Virus record (IMG/VR): IMGVR_UViG_3300008116_000125
Coordinates: 7,713 to 71,712 of that record
Length of the DNA stretch: 64,000 bases
Direction: 5' to 3' (one strand)
From: a virus
In this document: in pieces, positions 53,500 to 62,797 of the stretch
How the letters are laid out: every line of letters starts with the position of its first letter
How positions within the stretch are numbered: the first letter of the stretch is position 1
Program-made: the position numbers and the translations under genes
The notes under the pieces: model-generated
Databases searched by the model: none
The model's input: the letters and a program-made list of their open reading frames with translations, nothing else
Told to the model about the DNA's origin: nothing

Positions 53500-53910
53500 T
53501 TAAAAAAGATCAGGGAAAGCTTTTTTTACAATGTCTGCGGTAATGCCTTTGAAGGGAAGTTTCTTATCTTTCATTGCTACTATGAGAACAGCATCATCTT
53601 TGTCAATTCCTTCAATGAACTGAATGAACAGCATTTCTCTTTTCATCTTCTTTAAGCTAGGATTACCGTCTTTAGTAAATAGATAGAGCTTACGGACTTC
53701 TGAGTATAATCTACCTTCTTGATCAAGGTACTCACAGGGCTTATACGGGGGAGCACCGTCCGGGAGATCAAACTCTATAGCAGGATCGAAAGCATATTTG
53801 AGTATTTGCTTAACTACAGGGATGCCATTTTTTTGTAGTCGCTCAACTCTTTCGTTAACGCTTTTTGGTTCCGCACACTCTTTAAGGATGTTGTAAATGG
53901 ATTTTTTCAT
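53500..53910 (-). CDS. Conserved T4-like hypothetical protein downstream of rnh
   Basis: LKYAFDPAIEFDLPDGAPPY...LYSEVRKLYLF...KREMLFIQFIEG. Confidence 0.75.
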   Translation of the reverse strand: MKKSIYNILKECAEPKSVNERVERLQKNGIPVVKQILKYAFDPAIEFDLPDGAPPYKPCEYLDQEGRLYSEVRKLYLFTKDGNPSLKKMKREMLFIQFIEGIDKDDAVLIVAMKDKKLPFKGITADIVKKAFPDLF

Positions 53911-54767
53911 TAAAACTCATTTATGTGTTCAATTAAAAATTTCATCTTATTATTTATCATATAGTTAAAGATTTTATCTCTGGGCTTATTTTCTTGATCA
54001 TGATACTCAGCTATAATTGATGCTCTTACAGATTCTGGAATGCTATTAAGATCAATTAATTTTTTATTACGTTCCCAATTAGTTCCTACTGAAGCGTCGC
54101 TTTGAAGTTCAATTTCTGTTAGTCCCATAAATGTAGAAAGTTTTTTAGAACTAATAGGTTTTTGTCTTGTACCAGTAGCTATGCTATCATCAGCTGATAA
54201 AATATTTGGTATACCGTCGCCTCGATCGCCTTTAATAATTAATTCTTTTAAATATTTTTCCGGATCTGTTTCAGTTATAAACTTCTTATTAATTGGATCA
54301 TATTGAGTAACGTTGACATATCTATGAAGCTGTCTAAAGTCTTTATCACCGGACAGAATAATTATTTTATTAGTCTGTAAAAAGCTTCCATAGGAAAATA
54401 CAAGCGTGGCGATAACATCATCTGCTTCTGCGCCTTCGACTTGAATAACTCTATATGGAAAGTACTCTTTGAGCTCTAACTTTATTTTGTTGAGAGTATT
54501 GAAAATGCTTGACCAGTCTAGTTCAGACTCATCTCTAGACTTTTTTCTATTTGCTTTATAATACGGAAAGATATCTCTTCGCCACAGTTTTTTATCATCA
54601 CAGGCTACTACAAGCTCGCCGTAATCATTGAACTTAGACTTAAGTGCACGAATAGAATTTAAGACCATGTGACGAAACAGGCCCTCGTCTATTTTTGTAT
54701 CAGTATGATTGCCAATCTGCGACATAAAGTTTGCAATCATTACTTGGTTTAAGTCAAGTAAAATCAT
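53910..54767 (-). CDS. rnh: T4-type RNase H / 5'-3' exonuclease
   Basis: LLDLNQ, WRRDIFPYYKANRKK, EADDVIA, ILSGDKDFRQL, KGDRGDGIPN. Confidence 0.94.
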   Translation of the reverse strand: MILLDLNQVMIANFMSQIGNHTDTKIDEGLFRHMVLNSIRALKSKFNDYGELVVACDDKKLWRRDIFPYYKANRKKSRDESELDWSSIFNTLNKIKLELKEYFPYRVIQVEGAEADDVIATLVFSYGSFLQTNKIIILSGDKDFRQLHRYVNVTQYDPINKKFITETDPEKYLKELIIKGDRGDGIPNILSADDSIATGTRQKPISSKKLSTFMGLTEIELQSDASVGTNWERNKKLIDLNSIPESVRASIIAEYHDQENKPRDKIFNYMINNKMKFLIEHINEF

Positions 54768-54776
54768 TTAATTATT

Positions 54777-55367
54777 CTACATTTTAACGTTTTCTAAATC
54801 AACATTAGTATGTATCGTTCGAATGTGCTGGGCTAAGATGTGCATTAGAATTTGGTGACAGTCTTCAACAATTCCGTAATTATTAATTGGAATATGTAAG
54901 TTAACGTCTGACAATAGTTTCGCTTGCCCGCCATCAAATCCAGTAAATGAAATTGTTTTAAGGTTAAGCGCCTGAGCTGTTTGTAGTGCGTTAAGTATAT
55001 TTGGGGAGTTACCGCTGCTGGAAATACAAATAAGCACATCATTCTTATTTGCTAAAGCACGTAATTGATAAGAGAATATTTCGTCATAACCAAAGTCATT
55101 AGCAATAGCTGTAATTAAAGACATATTGCTCGGCAAAGAATGTACTCTTGGAAAAAACTTTGTATTAGAGGCAATTCCTTTAGAATGGTCGCATGATAGA
55201 TGCTCAGAAATAGCTGCTGAACCTCCATTTCCACAAACAAAAATATTTTTATTTTCTTTCAATGCGCGCTCAATTTCATATAGAGCAGTTTCAAGCACTT
55301 CGTTGCTTATACTGTCTAACCCTAAATTTAATTCATTAATATATTTTGTTTTAAATTTATCGATCAT
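54777..55367 (-). CDS. gmhA: Phosphoheptose isomerase (SIS domain)
   Basis: CGNGGSAA, TAIANDFGY, ISSSGNSPN, TGFDGG, VEDCH. Confidence 0.9.
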   Translation of the reverse strand: MIDKFKTKYINELNLGLDSISNEVLETALYEIERALKENKNIFVCGNGGSAAISEHLSCDHSKGIASNTKFFPRVHSLPSNMSLITAIANDFGYDEIFSYQLRALANKNDVLICISSSGNSPNILNALQTAQALNLKTISFTGFDGGQAKLLSDVNLHIPINNYGIVEDCHQILMHILAQHIRTIHTNVDLENVKM

Positions 55368-56337
55368 TCAAAACTACCTCAGAACCGTTTAACGATATAT
55401 TAAAGTTATATTCTGCTAGTGGAACAGCGTCCCTAACAGCTTGTTGTTTGCTTGGTGGTACTACAAACATTAAAAATCCTCCGCCGCCCGCTCCAAGAAG
55501 CTTACCACCTACTGCACCTGCTCTCATTGCATCTGCGTAGTATGTGTCAATTGTCTCATTCGATATACCCCGTGTTAACTGACGTTTTAGTGCCCATGTA
55601 TAATCGAGCATGCTGCCTATTTCTTTAATACTGCCTGATTTAGTAAATACCTTTGAACCATCGAATGCTACGTCAACCATTCTCTTAATAAAATCTTTAG
55701 TGCTTTTATCTTCTTTAGATTTTGCAGCTTGATGCTCTAGGATATCGTTTGCTACTCTAGTGATACCAGTATAAAAAAACATTAGATGTGAGTTTAGCTT
55801 CTCTATTGTATCTGAACTAATATTAACAGGAATAACCTGCACGTCATTAGAGAAAAACTGTATAAGATTAATGCCTCCGAAAGCAGCAGCGTACTGATCC
55901 TGCTTACCTAGTTTTTCATTGCATCTCTCTCTTTCAATAAAGTATGCAGTCTCTGCAAGCTCATACTTAGTTGGTTTTATTCTTTCATACTCACTCAATG
56001 CATGACTTAATCCAACAGTATATGAAGACGAGGAGCCGAGACCGGTTCCTTTAGTAGGAATATTACAAAAAGAAGAAATTTCTAAGTTATTTGTAATGTT
56101 ATGGTGTAGAAGAGTTTCTCTTATCCTGTTATGATTTAAGTATGCAGCTGTATCAACGATTTCAATCTCGTCATAGCATGCTTTTATTCTTTTCTTTGGT
56201 GACTCATTAATAGCTATAAACATACTGACGTCAATCGTGGTGGAAAGAACTGCTCCCGGTAAGTCATTGTAAAACTCCGGGAGATCAGATCCTCCTCCAA
56301 AAAAGCTAACTCTTAATGGTGTCTTTGTTACGATCAT
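55357..56337 (-). CDS. hddA: GHMP kinase, D-glycero-D-manno-heptose 7-phosphate kinase-like
   Basis: TPLRVSFFGGGSD, GTGLGSSS, GKQDQYAAAFGG, GGKLLGAGGGGF. Confidence 0.85.
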   Translation of the reverse strand: MIVTKTPLRVSFFGGGSDLPEFYNDLPGAVLSTTIDVSMFIAINESPKKRIKACYDEIEIVDTAAYLNHNRIRETLLHHNITNNLEISSFCNIPTKGTGLGSSSSYTVGLSHALSEYERIKPTKYELAETAYFIERERCNEKLGKQDQYAAAFGGINLIQFFSNDVQVIPVNISSDTIEKLNSHLMFFYTGITRVANDILEHQAAKSKEDKSTKDFIKRMVDVAFDGSKVFTKSGSIKEIGSMLDYTWALKRQLTRGISNETIDTYYADAMRAGAVGGKLLGAGGGGFLMFVVPPSKQQAVRDAVPLAEYNFNISLNGSEVVLNDR

Positions 56338-57335
56338 GAATTATAAACAAATTTTTCTGCTGGAATTTTTCTACTTTCTACTTCACTATACTGCCTCTTT
56401 AGCTGTGAAAGAGCGTCTGCCCACTGAGAGGTAATTTTATTCCAATTATATCTAGTATCAGCGTACGCTTTAACAAATCTTAAATACCCTTTTAGATCAT
56501 CATTATCTCTAACAAGATTAATTGCTGTATCTAGTGTTTGCATGAATATAGCTGCATGGGTATTAATATCGGCATCCGTCTGATACATAAATGTTAGATT
56601 GCCTGACGTATCGGTAAGTCCTCCGAGGTTAGGGTGGACACAAAGTGCTCCTGCCGACATTGCCTCAATCAGACTTCTACTATTGCACTCCATCCATATT
56701 GATGGATACGCAAATATATCCGCTTTAGCAACATACTCACGAACAACCTCGTTAGGCTGAAATCCGTGATAGGTCATTTGCGGATGATTTCTAATTTTAT
56801 CGTATAAGGGCTCAAATTTCTTATCTGCATCTTCCCAACCATAAATTTTAAAGCTAGAGAATACATGTAGATGTACATCTTTATGTTTCTTTGCAAGCTC
56901 TTCGAAAACAGGAACTAAGAGCTCTAATCCTCGCTGAGGGGTAGATGTATAAACAAGGTTGATTTGCTCGGGATCTTTGCTATCAAAGACATCACTTGAA
57001 AATGGATCAATAGGTGTGTCGATTACAATATGATCCTTTGAAGGGGGTATGCCAAGATAATCTTTGTATCTGTTATACTGCCAGTTGCCGCAGAATACAA
57101 TCTTATGAAACTTGTTTCTACTATTTTCATCTTTTAGATGATTAGTCTCAGGATCTTCAGGTAAGTCGTGTAGCCAATATACTCTGATTTTTTCATCATC
57201 AAGCTCACGAACTCTTGAGCATATAATTTGAAATTCATCAGCAAGCCCTTCAGGTAAACGTTTAGCTAACTCACGCTTAACACTTTCTGTACCACCTTGA
57301 CTATTTTTACTAATTTCATTTTCATCAAACGGCAT
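56334..57335 (-). CDS. GT-B glycosyltransferase (GT4-like; start moved to ATG 57335)
   Basis: GGTE, WLHD, YTSTPQRGL, ADIFAYPSIWME...LIEAMSAG. Confidence 0.85.
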   Translation of the reverse strand: MPFDENEISKNSQGGTESVKRELAKRLPEGLADEFQIICSRVRELDDEKIRVYWLHDLPEDPETNHLKDENSRNKFHKIVFCGNWQYNRYKDYLGIPPSKDHIVIDTPIDPFSSDVFDSKDPEQINLVYTSTPQRGLELLVPVFEELAKKHKDVHLHVFSSFKIYGWEDADKKFEPLYDKIRNHPQMTYHGFQPNEVVREYVAKADIFAYPSIWMECNSRSLIEAMSAGALCVHPNLGGLTDTSGNLTFMYQTDADINTHAAIFMQTLDTAINLVRDNDDLKGYLRFVKAYADTRYNWNKITSQWADALSQLKRQYSEVESRKIPAEKFVYNS

Positions 57336-58281
57336 TATTATTTCTCCTGTACCATTTCCAAGCACTATCAATAATATTATCTATATTGCTGTGATTGTAT
57401 TTAAAGTTTGTTTGTTTAATAAATTTTGTAGGGTCAGCTACCAGAAACTCCGGGTCGCCTTCTCTGATATTATCATGAATAGCATTTAGTTTAACATTAG
57501 TAATGCTACAGAACTTATTAAATAGCTGCTTAACTGATGTTCCTGTTTTAGTGCCTAAGTTAAACGTATGCGCACCGGGGACTGCTGTTACATAATCTAA
57601 AGCGGTGAAGTGCGCTTCACATACATCTAATACATGAATATAGTCTCTTACGCATGTTCCATCAATGGTTTGATACTTGTTGCCAAATATTTTAAATGTA
57701 AGGTTAGTTGATGCACTATTACAAAGTTTTTGTAATATATGTCCTGAGTCTAGATGATCACCAACATCATCATATGCCCCGGCAACATTAAAGTATCTAA
57801 ATGATACTGACGGAATTTGATTGCATGTCCATATATCTTCTAGGTATTGTTCACACATAAGCTTACTCTTACCGTAAGCCGTAAATGGTAATAGCTGGGA
57901 ATCCTCGATACAAGGAATATCTCTGGCACCGTAAACAGCTGCGGTAGAAGAAAAAATAATCGGGCCTTTCCATCCCATTAATATTAGATTATCTAATAGC
58001 TTAGATGTCGCGCCAATATTATTATGGTAATAGAGGGAAGGTCTTACAGTGCTATGTGACACATCAGCAGATGCTGCAAGATGAAATACAGCATCTACTT
58101 TGAGATTGCTTGCTTCATACGCAACAGAGTTTCTAACAATGCTGTCATGTACGAACTCATCATAGTAGTCATGATTAGGAATATTAACATCGGCACCAAT
58201 AACAAAATGTCCTCGCTCCTGTGCTACTTTACTAAGCACAGAACCAATGTACCCGGCGTTACCGGTTATAAGCAGTCTCAA
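57325..58281 (-). CDS. galE: UDP-glucose 4-epimerase-like SDR
   Basis: ITGNAGYIG, HLAA, FSSTAAVYG, YGKSK, RYFNVAGA, DGTCVRDYIHVLD, REGDP. Confidence 0.88.
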   Translation of the reverse strand: MRLLITGNAGYIGSVLSKVAQERGHFVIGADVNIPNHDYYDEFVHDSIVRNSVAYEASNLKVDAVFHLAASADVSHSTVRPSLYYHNNIGATSKLLDNLILMGWKGPIIFSSTAAVYGARDIPCIEDSQLLPFTAYGKSKLMCEQYLEDIWTCNQIPSVSFRYFNVAGAYDDVGDHLDSGHILQKLCNSASTNLTFKIFGNKYQTIDGTCVRDYIHVLDVCEAHFTALDYVTAVPGAHTFNLGTKTGTSVKQLFNKFCSITNVKLNAIHDNIREGDPEFLVADPTKFIKQTNFKYNHSNIDNIIDSAWKWYRRNNNAV

Positions 58282-58675
58282 TTCGTTTCCTCAATTCAGA
58301 AGTACTAAACCCGTGGTCTCGATTATTAAAAAATAATTCTATATTACTATCTAGGCAGTATTGTTTAGCGGTAAAATCACGTCCGTGATAATCTGCACCG
58401 ACAAACCTAACGTTAGGTTTAATAGAACGAAGTATCTCTTCAATCTCAGCTTCGTACACATAAGGTATTACCTCGCTAATGTACTTGCATGAATTAAGTT
58501 GTACGTAGCGTTCAAACAGGCTCTGAACTGGTTTATTCTTTTCTTTTCTTTCAATAGAGGGATCAGCTTGTAACCCTACGATTAGGTAGTCACAATTCTG
58601 TCTGCACTCGCCAAACATAAGGTTGTGACCTGCGTGACAAAGATCAAATGCACCAAATGTGATTCCTACTTTCAT
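58259..58675 (-). CDS. Cytidylyltransferase-family nucleotidyltransferase (TagD/RfaE-II-like)
   Basis: GAFDLCHAGH (HxGH), LIVGLQ, KPVQS..ER, RDHGFSTSELR. Confidence 0.85.
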   Translation of the reverse strand: MKVGITFGAFDLCHAGHNLMFGECRQNCDYLIVGLQADPSIERKEKNKPVQSLFERYVQLNSCKYISEVIPYVYEAEIEEILRSIKPNVRFVGADYHGRDFTAKQYCLDSNIELFFNNRDHGFSTSELRKRIETAYNR

Positions 58676-58941
58676 AGGCCAAACTCCACAGCTCTTACGC
58701 TATCAAAACGAAACGACCTCCAAGCTTTTAAATCTAAGTCAAAAACTGGGCATACATCTGGATTAGATTCTTTCACACGATCTGTTTTCTTTTCATAATC
58801 TTCTGTCAGATCAGATTTGAGTGTGCAGTTCATAACTCTTTCAGTTCCGTCTTTTTTAAGAAAGGTTATTTTAGTAGGACCTGTAACGAGGGCGCTAATA
58901 ATTTTTTGGCGTTCTTCTGGACTATTAAAACGATTTTCCAT
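58672..58941 (-). CDS. SH3/WYL_2-like beta-barrel protein (start moved to ATG 58941)
   Basis: ITFLKKDGTERVMNCTL...VFDLDLKAWRSFR. Confidence 0.75.
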   Translation of the reverse strand: MENRFNSPEERQKIISALVTGPTKITFLKKDGTERVMNCTLKSDLTEDYEKKTDRVKESNPDVCPVFDLDLKAWRSFRFDSVRAVEFGL

Positions 58942-58953
58942 AATAATTTCCAT

Positions 58954-58980
58954 AAACAAAAAGAGGGGCCGAAGCCCCTC
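58954..58980 (-). terminator. Rho-independent terminator with a C(UUCG)G tetraloop
   Basis: Minus strand GAGGGGC-TTCG-GCCCCTC followed by TTTTTGTTT. Confidence 0.9.
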
Positions 58981-58999
58981 CTGTTACTCATACTAATGC

Positions 59000-59257
59000 T
59001 TAAGCTGCAGCTCCAGCAAGTGCACGATACCCGGCAGCAATAACTTTGCGCGAAGGGGTACCAAGACGATACTTGTTTACAACACGACCTTTAGTATCAA
59101 CATGACGGTTGTTGTAAATGGGCAAGCCATCTTCCATACGGAGAGCGGATACTACCTTGGAGGGAGAAGCAATACCGAACTGCGAGGTAATTTGCTTGGC
59201 AGACATTTCACGGCCTTCGAAAAAAGCTTTACGAAGTTTTTCTTTTTGAGTCATCAT
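59000..59257 (-). CDS. Small basic, probably HTH DNA-binding protein
   Basis: MSAKQITSQFGIASPSKVVSALR...YRLGTPSRKVIAAGY; GAAAGGAAG RBS; flanked by its own promoter and terminator. Confidence 0.7.
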   Translation of the reverse strand: MMTQKEKLRKAFFEGREMSAKQITSQFGIASPSKVVSALRMEDGLPIYNNRHVDTKGRVVNKYRLGTPSRKVIAAGYRALAGAAA

Positions 59258-59301
59258 TTTACTTCCTTTCATATTTAAGTTAGTGCCTAATTGGCCTATT
59301 C

Positions 59302-59330
59302 AATATAATATTTACTTCAAAAAAAATCAA
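59302..59330 (-). promoter_or_regulatory. Sigma70-like promoter TTGATT-N17-TATATT
   Basis: -35 at 59325-59330, -10 at 59302-59307, 17-nt spacer. Confidence 0.6.
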
Positions 59331-59506
59331 GCCTGGTCAGCTTCTTTTTGACCTTTAGGAACAATCCTTACCGATTGTTCCTCAAATAACTGAGACATAA
59401 TCATATGTCTATGAAAGTGTGATCTACTTTCACGGGTAGGAAAAGGAAATGCTGCAAGCATTCGCTTGGTAGTTTTTTTCATTTTAAAGGAACTAGTAGG
59501 TTTCAT
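59327..59506 (-). CDS. 59-aa hypothetical protein (not in track)
   Basis: MKPTSSFKMKKTTKRMLAAF...MIMSQL...; ATGA overlap with the upstream gene. Confidence 0.6.
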   Translation of the reverse strand: MKPTSSFKMKKTTKRMLAAFPFPTRESRSHFHRHMIMSQLFEEQSVRIVPKGQKEADQA

Positions 59507-59694
59507 TTTTGTAACGAGTATGCCTCTTTGGTTAATTTAACAACATTACCTTTATCGTTACGAACGACAAAGTATGATTTACCGTCGATCTCTTCTTCGT
59601 TAATAAGATCACCGAGAATAATTTCGCTATTTAAACGATTTTTAAATCTTAATCCTCTTTTAATACTATATTGAGGTCGCTTAGGTTTTTTCAT
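59503..59694 (-). CDS. 63-aa hypothetical protein (start moved to ATG 59694)
   Basis: MKKPKRPQYSIKRGLRFKNRLNSEII...IDGKSYFVV; the longer track version overlaps the RuvC-like gene by about 190 nt. Confidence 0.55.
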   Translation of the reverse strand: MKKPKRPQYSIKRGLRFKNRLNSEIILGDLINEEEIDGKSYFVVRNDKGNVVKLTKEAYSLQK

Positions 59695-60229
59695 AGAGTA
59701 GGCCTGCTTTGCAAACGTAATAACTATCAATAATATCCGATACTGGATTTGACGCCGATGAAGATAATTGTAATCTTTTACGTATATCAAATCCAGTCTC
59801 GTTAAGGAAAGCAATCTCCATAGCGGCTTTATTAGAATTTCCTTTACCGGTAGCCTGTTTTTTAACAACAGTAGGAGGAATAGTAGTGTAGGTTATGCCG
59901 GATTTCCACAACGTAAATTTTAATATACCGCAATTTTCCGCTATATTAAAAACTCTACCTGTAGATGAAAAAGAATAGTCTTCGATGAATATATGCTCGG
60001 GGTTCTCTTCATATATTATATGTACTATCCATCTGGTGATGTTATAGTATCTTTCCATATCACTATTATAATCATCAACTAGTGTGCCGTGAAGAGGAGA
60101 AAAATTACCTTCTAATTTTTTATTACTTGTAAGGTAATAAAACTTGCATTCGTTGAAGTTTAATTCGTCACCGTTGAAAAAGCAACAAGCTGGGCTTGTT
60201 AAAGATAAATCAATGCCTATAATCTTCAT
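59681..60229 (-). CDS. RuvC-like Holliday junction resolvase / RNase H-fold nuclease
   Basis: IIGIDLSLTSP, IFIEDYSF, AENCGILK, PTVVKKQATGKGNSNK, SDIIDS. Confidence 0.85.
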   Translation of the reverse strand: MKIIGIDLSLTSPACCFFNGDELNFNECKFYYLTSNKKLEGNFSPLHGTLVDDYNSDMERYYNITRWIVHIIYEENPEHIFIEDYSFSSTGRVFNIAENCGILKFTLWKSGITYTTIPPTVVKKQATGKGNSNKAAMEIAFLNETGFDIRKRLQLSSSASNPVSDIIDSYYVCKAGLLYEKT

Positions 60230-60377
60230 CTTCTAGATCATCTAAATCATCCTCTTCCTCTTCGTGCTCTATCTCGCTTCCGCAGTAAGGACAAAAAGAG
60301 ATTGGTTCGTCGATGTCAAAAGATGGTTGAACAGTAAACTCTGCTCCGCATTCGTAACAGTTTAAAATGTCTGACAT
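60210..60377 (-). CDS. Small zinc-ribbon protein with acidic tail (not in track)
   Basis: MSDILNCYECGAEF...FCPYCGSEIEHEEEEDDLDDLEDEDYRH. Confidence 0.75.
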   Translation of the reverse strand: MSDILNCYECGAEFTVQPSFDIDEPISFCPYCGSEIEHEEEEDDLDDLEDEDYRH

Positions 60378-60379
60378 AT

Positions 60380-60880
60380 CTACTCCGTCTTAAAAGTTTG
60401 TACATTTGCTTTATGTAGCAAATTTATACCGTCTTCAAACCTATAAGGGGTTTTAAAATAAACAGATTTTATTCCTGCTTGTATGATAAGTTTAGAGCAC
60501 TCTATGCAAGGGGCGTGAGTTATAAAAAGTGTACTGCCTTCTCCGGACCCTCCTTGACGAGCTAACTTAGTAATCGCATTTGCTTCAGCATGGATAACTT
60601 CTGGTTTGGTTTGAGACTTGACCCACCCTGCAGTATCTTTATATGCTCCAAATGTGTATCCTTGAGAAACCATCTCTGTATAAGATAGTTCTGTGTTATC
60701 AGGTATAAAATCTATTTCTTCACAGCTATTATCCATTCCTTCAGGTGTGCCGTTATAGCCGAACGAAATTATATTTCTGTCTTTAACGATTACGGCTCCA
60801 ACTTTAAGCCTGGTAGCGTAGGAAAGAGTAGCAGTCTCTTCTGCTACCCTCATAAAAAACTTAATGAACTTTTCTTTCAT
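60380..60880 (-). CDS. cd: dCMP deaminase
   Basis: VGAVIV, GYNG, HAEANAI, PCIEC. Confidence 0.93.
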   Translation of the reverse strand: MKEKFIKFFMRVAEETATLSYATRLKVGAVIVKDRNIISFGYNGTPEGMDNSCEEIDFIPDNTELSYTEMVSQGYTFGAYKDTAGWVKSQTKPEVIHAEANAITKLARQGGSGEGSTLFITHAPCIECSKLIIQAGIKSVYFKTPYRFEDGINLLHKANVQTFKTE

Positions 60881-62151
60881 TAATGGAATTGACCTTCTTC
60901 GGTCGATCCCTTCATAGCAGTTGTAGATGAATCTTGCTCAATTGCAGTAGTAACAGCATCAAAATAAGATGTGCCGACTTCACGCTGATGTTTAACTGCT
61001 TCAAAACCTTCTTCTTGAGCTTTAAATTCTTGTTCTTGTAATTTAACAAATGCAGACATTCCAGTATCCTTGTATCCTTTTGCGAGACTAAACATACCGT
61101 GATTAAGGGAATGAAATCCTGCTAGAGTAATAAACTGAAACTTATATCCCATTGCTCCTAGTTCACGCTGAAACTTAGCAATAGTAGTATCATCCAGATT
61201 ACGTTTCCAGTTAAAAGAAGGAGAGCAATTATACGCTAGCATTTTTCCTGGAAAATGTTTGTGTATACCCTCTGCAAACTTCTTAGCGTAATCTAAATCG
61301 GGCTTACCTGTCTCACACCACACTAAATCAGCATATGGTGCATAAGCAATGCCTCGTGAGAGTGCTTGTTCTAAACCTGGTTTAGTTCTGTAAAACCCTT
61401 CAACAGTTCTTTCACCGGTAAGAAACATTCTATCATTTTCATCTATGTCAGAAGTAACCAGATCAGCAGCTTCGGCATCTGTACGAGCAACCAAAATAGT
61501 AGGCACACCAAGCACATCACTAGCCAATCGCGCCGCATTGAGCTTATTAACTGCTTCGCGAGTGGGGACAAGGACTTTTCCGCCGAGATGCCCGCATTTC
61601 TTTGCTGATGCGAGCTGGTCTTCGAAATGTACTCCTGCTGCTCCTGCACGAATCATTCCTTTCATTAGTTCGTATGCATTAAGCACACCGCCAAAACCAG
61701 CTTCAGCATCTGCAACTATAGGAACGAAAAAATCGGTGTCTTGTTTACCTTCCATCCACTGGATTTGATCAGCTCGACGGAATGTATTATTTATTTTATT
61801 GACTACAGAGGGAACCGAATCGGCAGGATATAAAGATTGATCGGGATACATTTCTCCTGCAAGATTAGCATCAGCAGCTACCTGCCATCCAGAAAGATAT
61901 ATTGCTTTAAGTCCGGCTTTGGCTTGTTGTAGAGCTTGCATGCCAGTTAACGCACCAAGCGCGTTTACATAATCATCTGTATGTAAGCTATTCCAGAGCT
62001 TTTCGGCTGTAAGCTTTGCTAGAGTATTTTCTTCTACTAGTGAGCCTTGTAATTTAATTACATCTAAAGCTGAATAATTTCTTTTAATATTATTCCATCT
62101 AGAATTTTCAGCCCATTGTTTTTGTAGTTCATACGCTAGCTTATCATACAT
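60880..62151 (-). CDS. aceA: Isocitrate lyase (start moved to ATG 62151)
   Basis: [82 protein letters not shown]. Confidence 0.97.
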   Translation of the reverse strand: MYDKLAYELQKQWAENSRWNNIKRNYSALDVIKLQGSLVEENTLAKLTAEKLWNSLHTDDYVNALGALTGMQALQQAKAGLKAIYLSGWQVAADANLAGEMYPDQSLYPADSVPSVVNKINNTFRRADQIQWMEGKQDTDFFVPIVADAEAGFGGVLNAYELMKGMIRAGAAGVHFEDQLASAKKCGHLGGKVLVPTREAVNKLNAARLASDVLGVPTILVARTDAEAADLVTSDIDENDRMFLTGERTVEGFYRTKPGLEQALSRGIAYAPYADLVWCETGKPDLDYAKKFAEGIHKHFPGKMLAYNCSPSFNWKRNLDDTTIAKFQRELGAMGYKFQFITLAGFHSLNHGMFSLAKGYKDTGMSAFVKLQEQEFKAQEEGFEAVKHQREVGTSYFDAVTTAIEQDSSTTAMKGSTEEGQFH

Positions 62152-62797
62152 TTTTGTCTTCCTTTGTCGTTCTTTCATACATTACTGTATCTGTATCACC
62201 TAAAGCCCATTTAGCGTCAGTCTCCACAGACCATTTTTTAGTAGCTACCTTAAAGTCAGGTCGTTTAAGTTCTTTTGGATTACTACTTGGCTCAAATACT
62301 AATAATCTGTTGTTTGGCTGTGCAGCAAACTGTCCGTTATCACATTTTATAAAATTATAGGATTTATGATCTTCTATTTCTTCACTAAATCCTGTATCAA
62401 GAATATTAAAGTCAGGATGGGCTGAGTCAACTGTGAACATATAGGTTCCAGTCATCCATCCTCCATCCTTAAGCTTAAACTTACATTTCATTGACTGTAA
62501 TTGTGCTTTCTTAATTACAGTAATGTCATAGGATAAGCAATCCCATAGCTGCAAGTAATCTAGCGGTAAAGGTTCACCTTCAATTGGCTTCCAGCAAAAG
62601 GCATGTAGAGGTAGCTTATCATAAAGTGCTGCATATTCGTTTAGATATGCTTCTATACGAAAAGCTTGTCCTCTAAGAGACTTTATTGATATCCACCAGC
62701 AGGGTACAAGCTCTCCAAATCCTTTTTCAAAATCATACAAAAACTCTTTTCTTACATAGCAATTAACTGGAGGTAAGTTTGCTACTATGTGTGCCAC
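62144..62797 (-). CDS. Conserved hypothetical protein
   Basis: Well-formed ORF coupled to nrdB and aceA; [38 protein letters not shown]. Confidence 0.75.
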   Translation of the reverse strand: MAHIVANLPPVNCYVRKEFLYDFEKGFGELVPCWWISIKSLRGQAFRIEAYLNEYAALYDKLPLHAFCWKPIEGEPLPLDYLQLWDCLSYDITVIKKAQLQSMKCKFKLKDGGWMTGTYMFTVDSAHPDFNILDTGFSEEIEDHKSYNFIKCDNGQFAAQPNNRLLVFEPSSNPKELKRPDFKVATKKWSVETDAKWALGDTDTVMYERTTKEDKNV

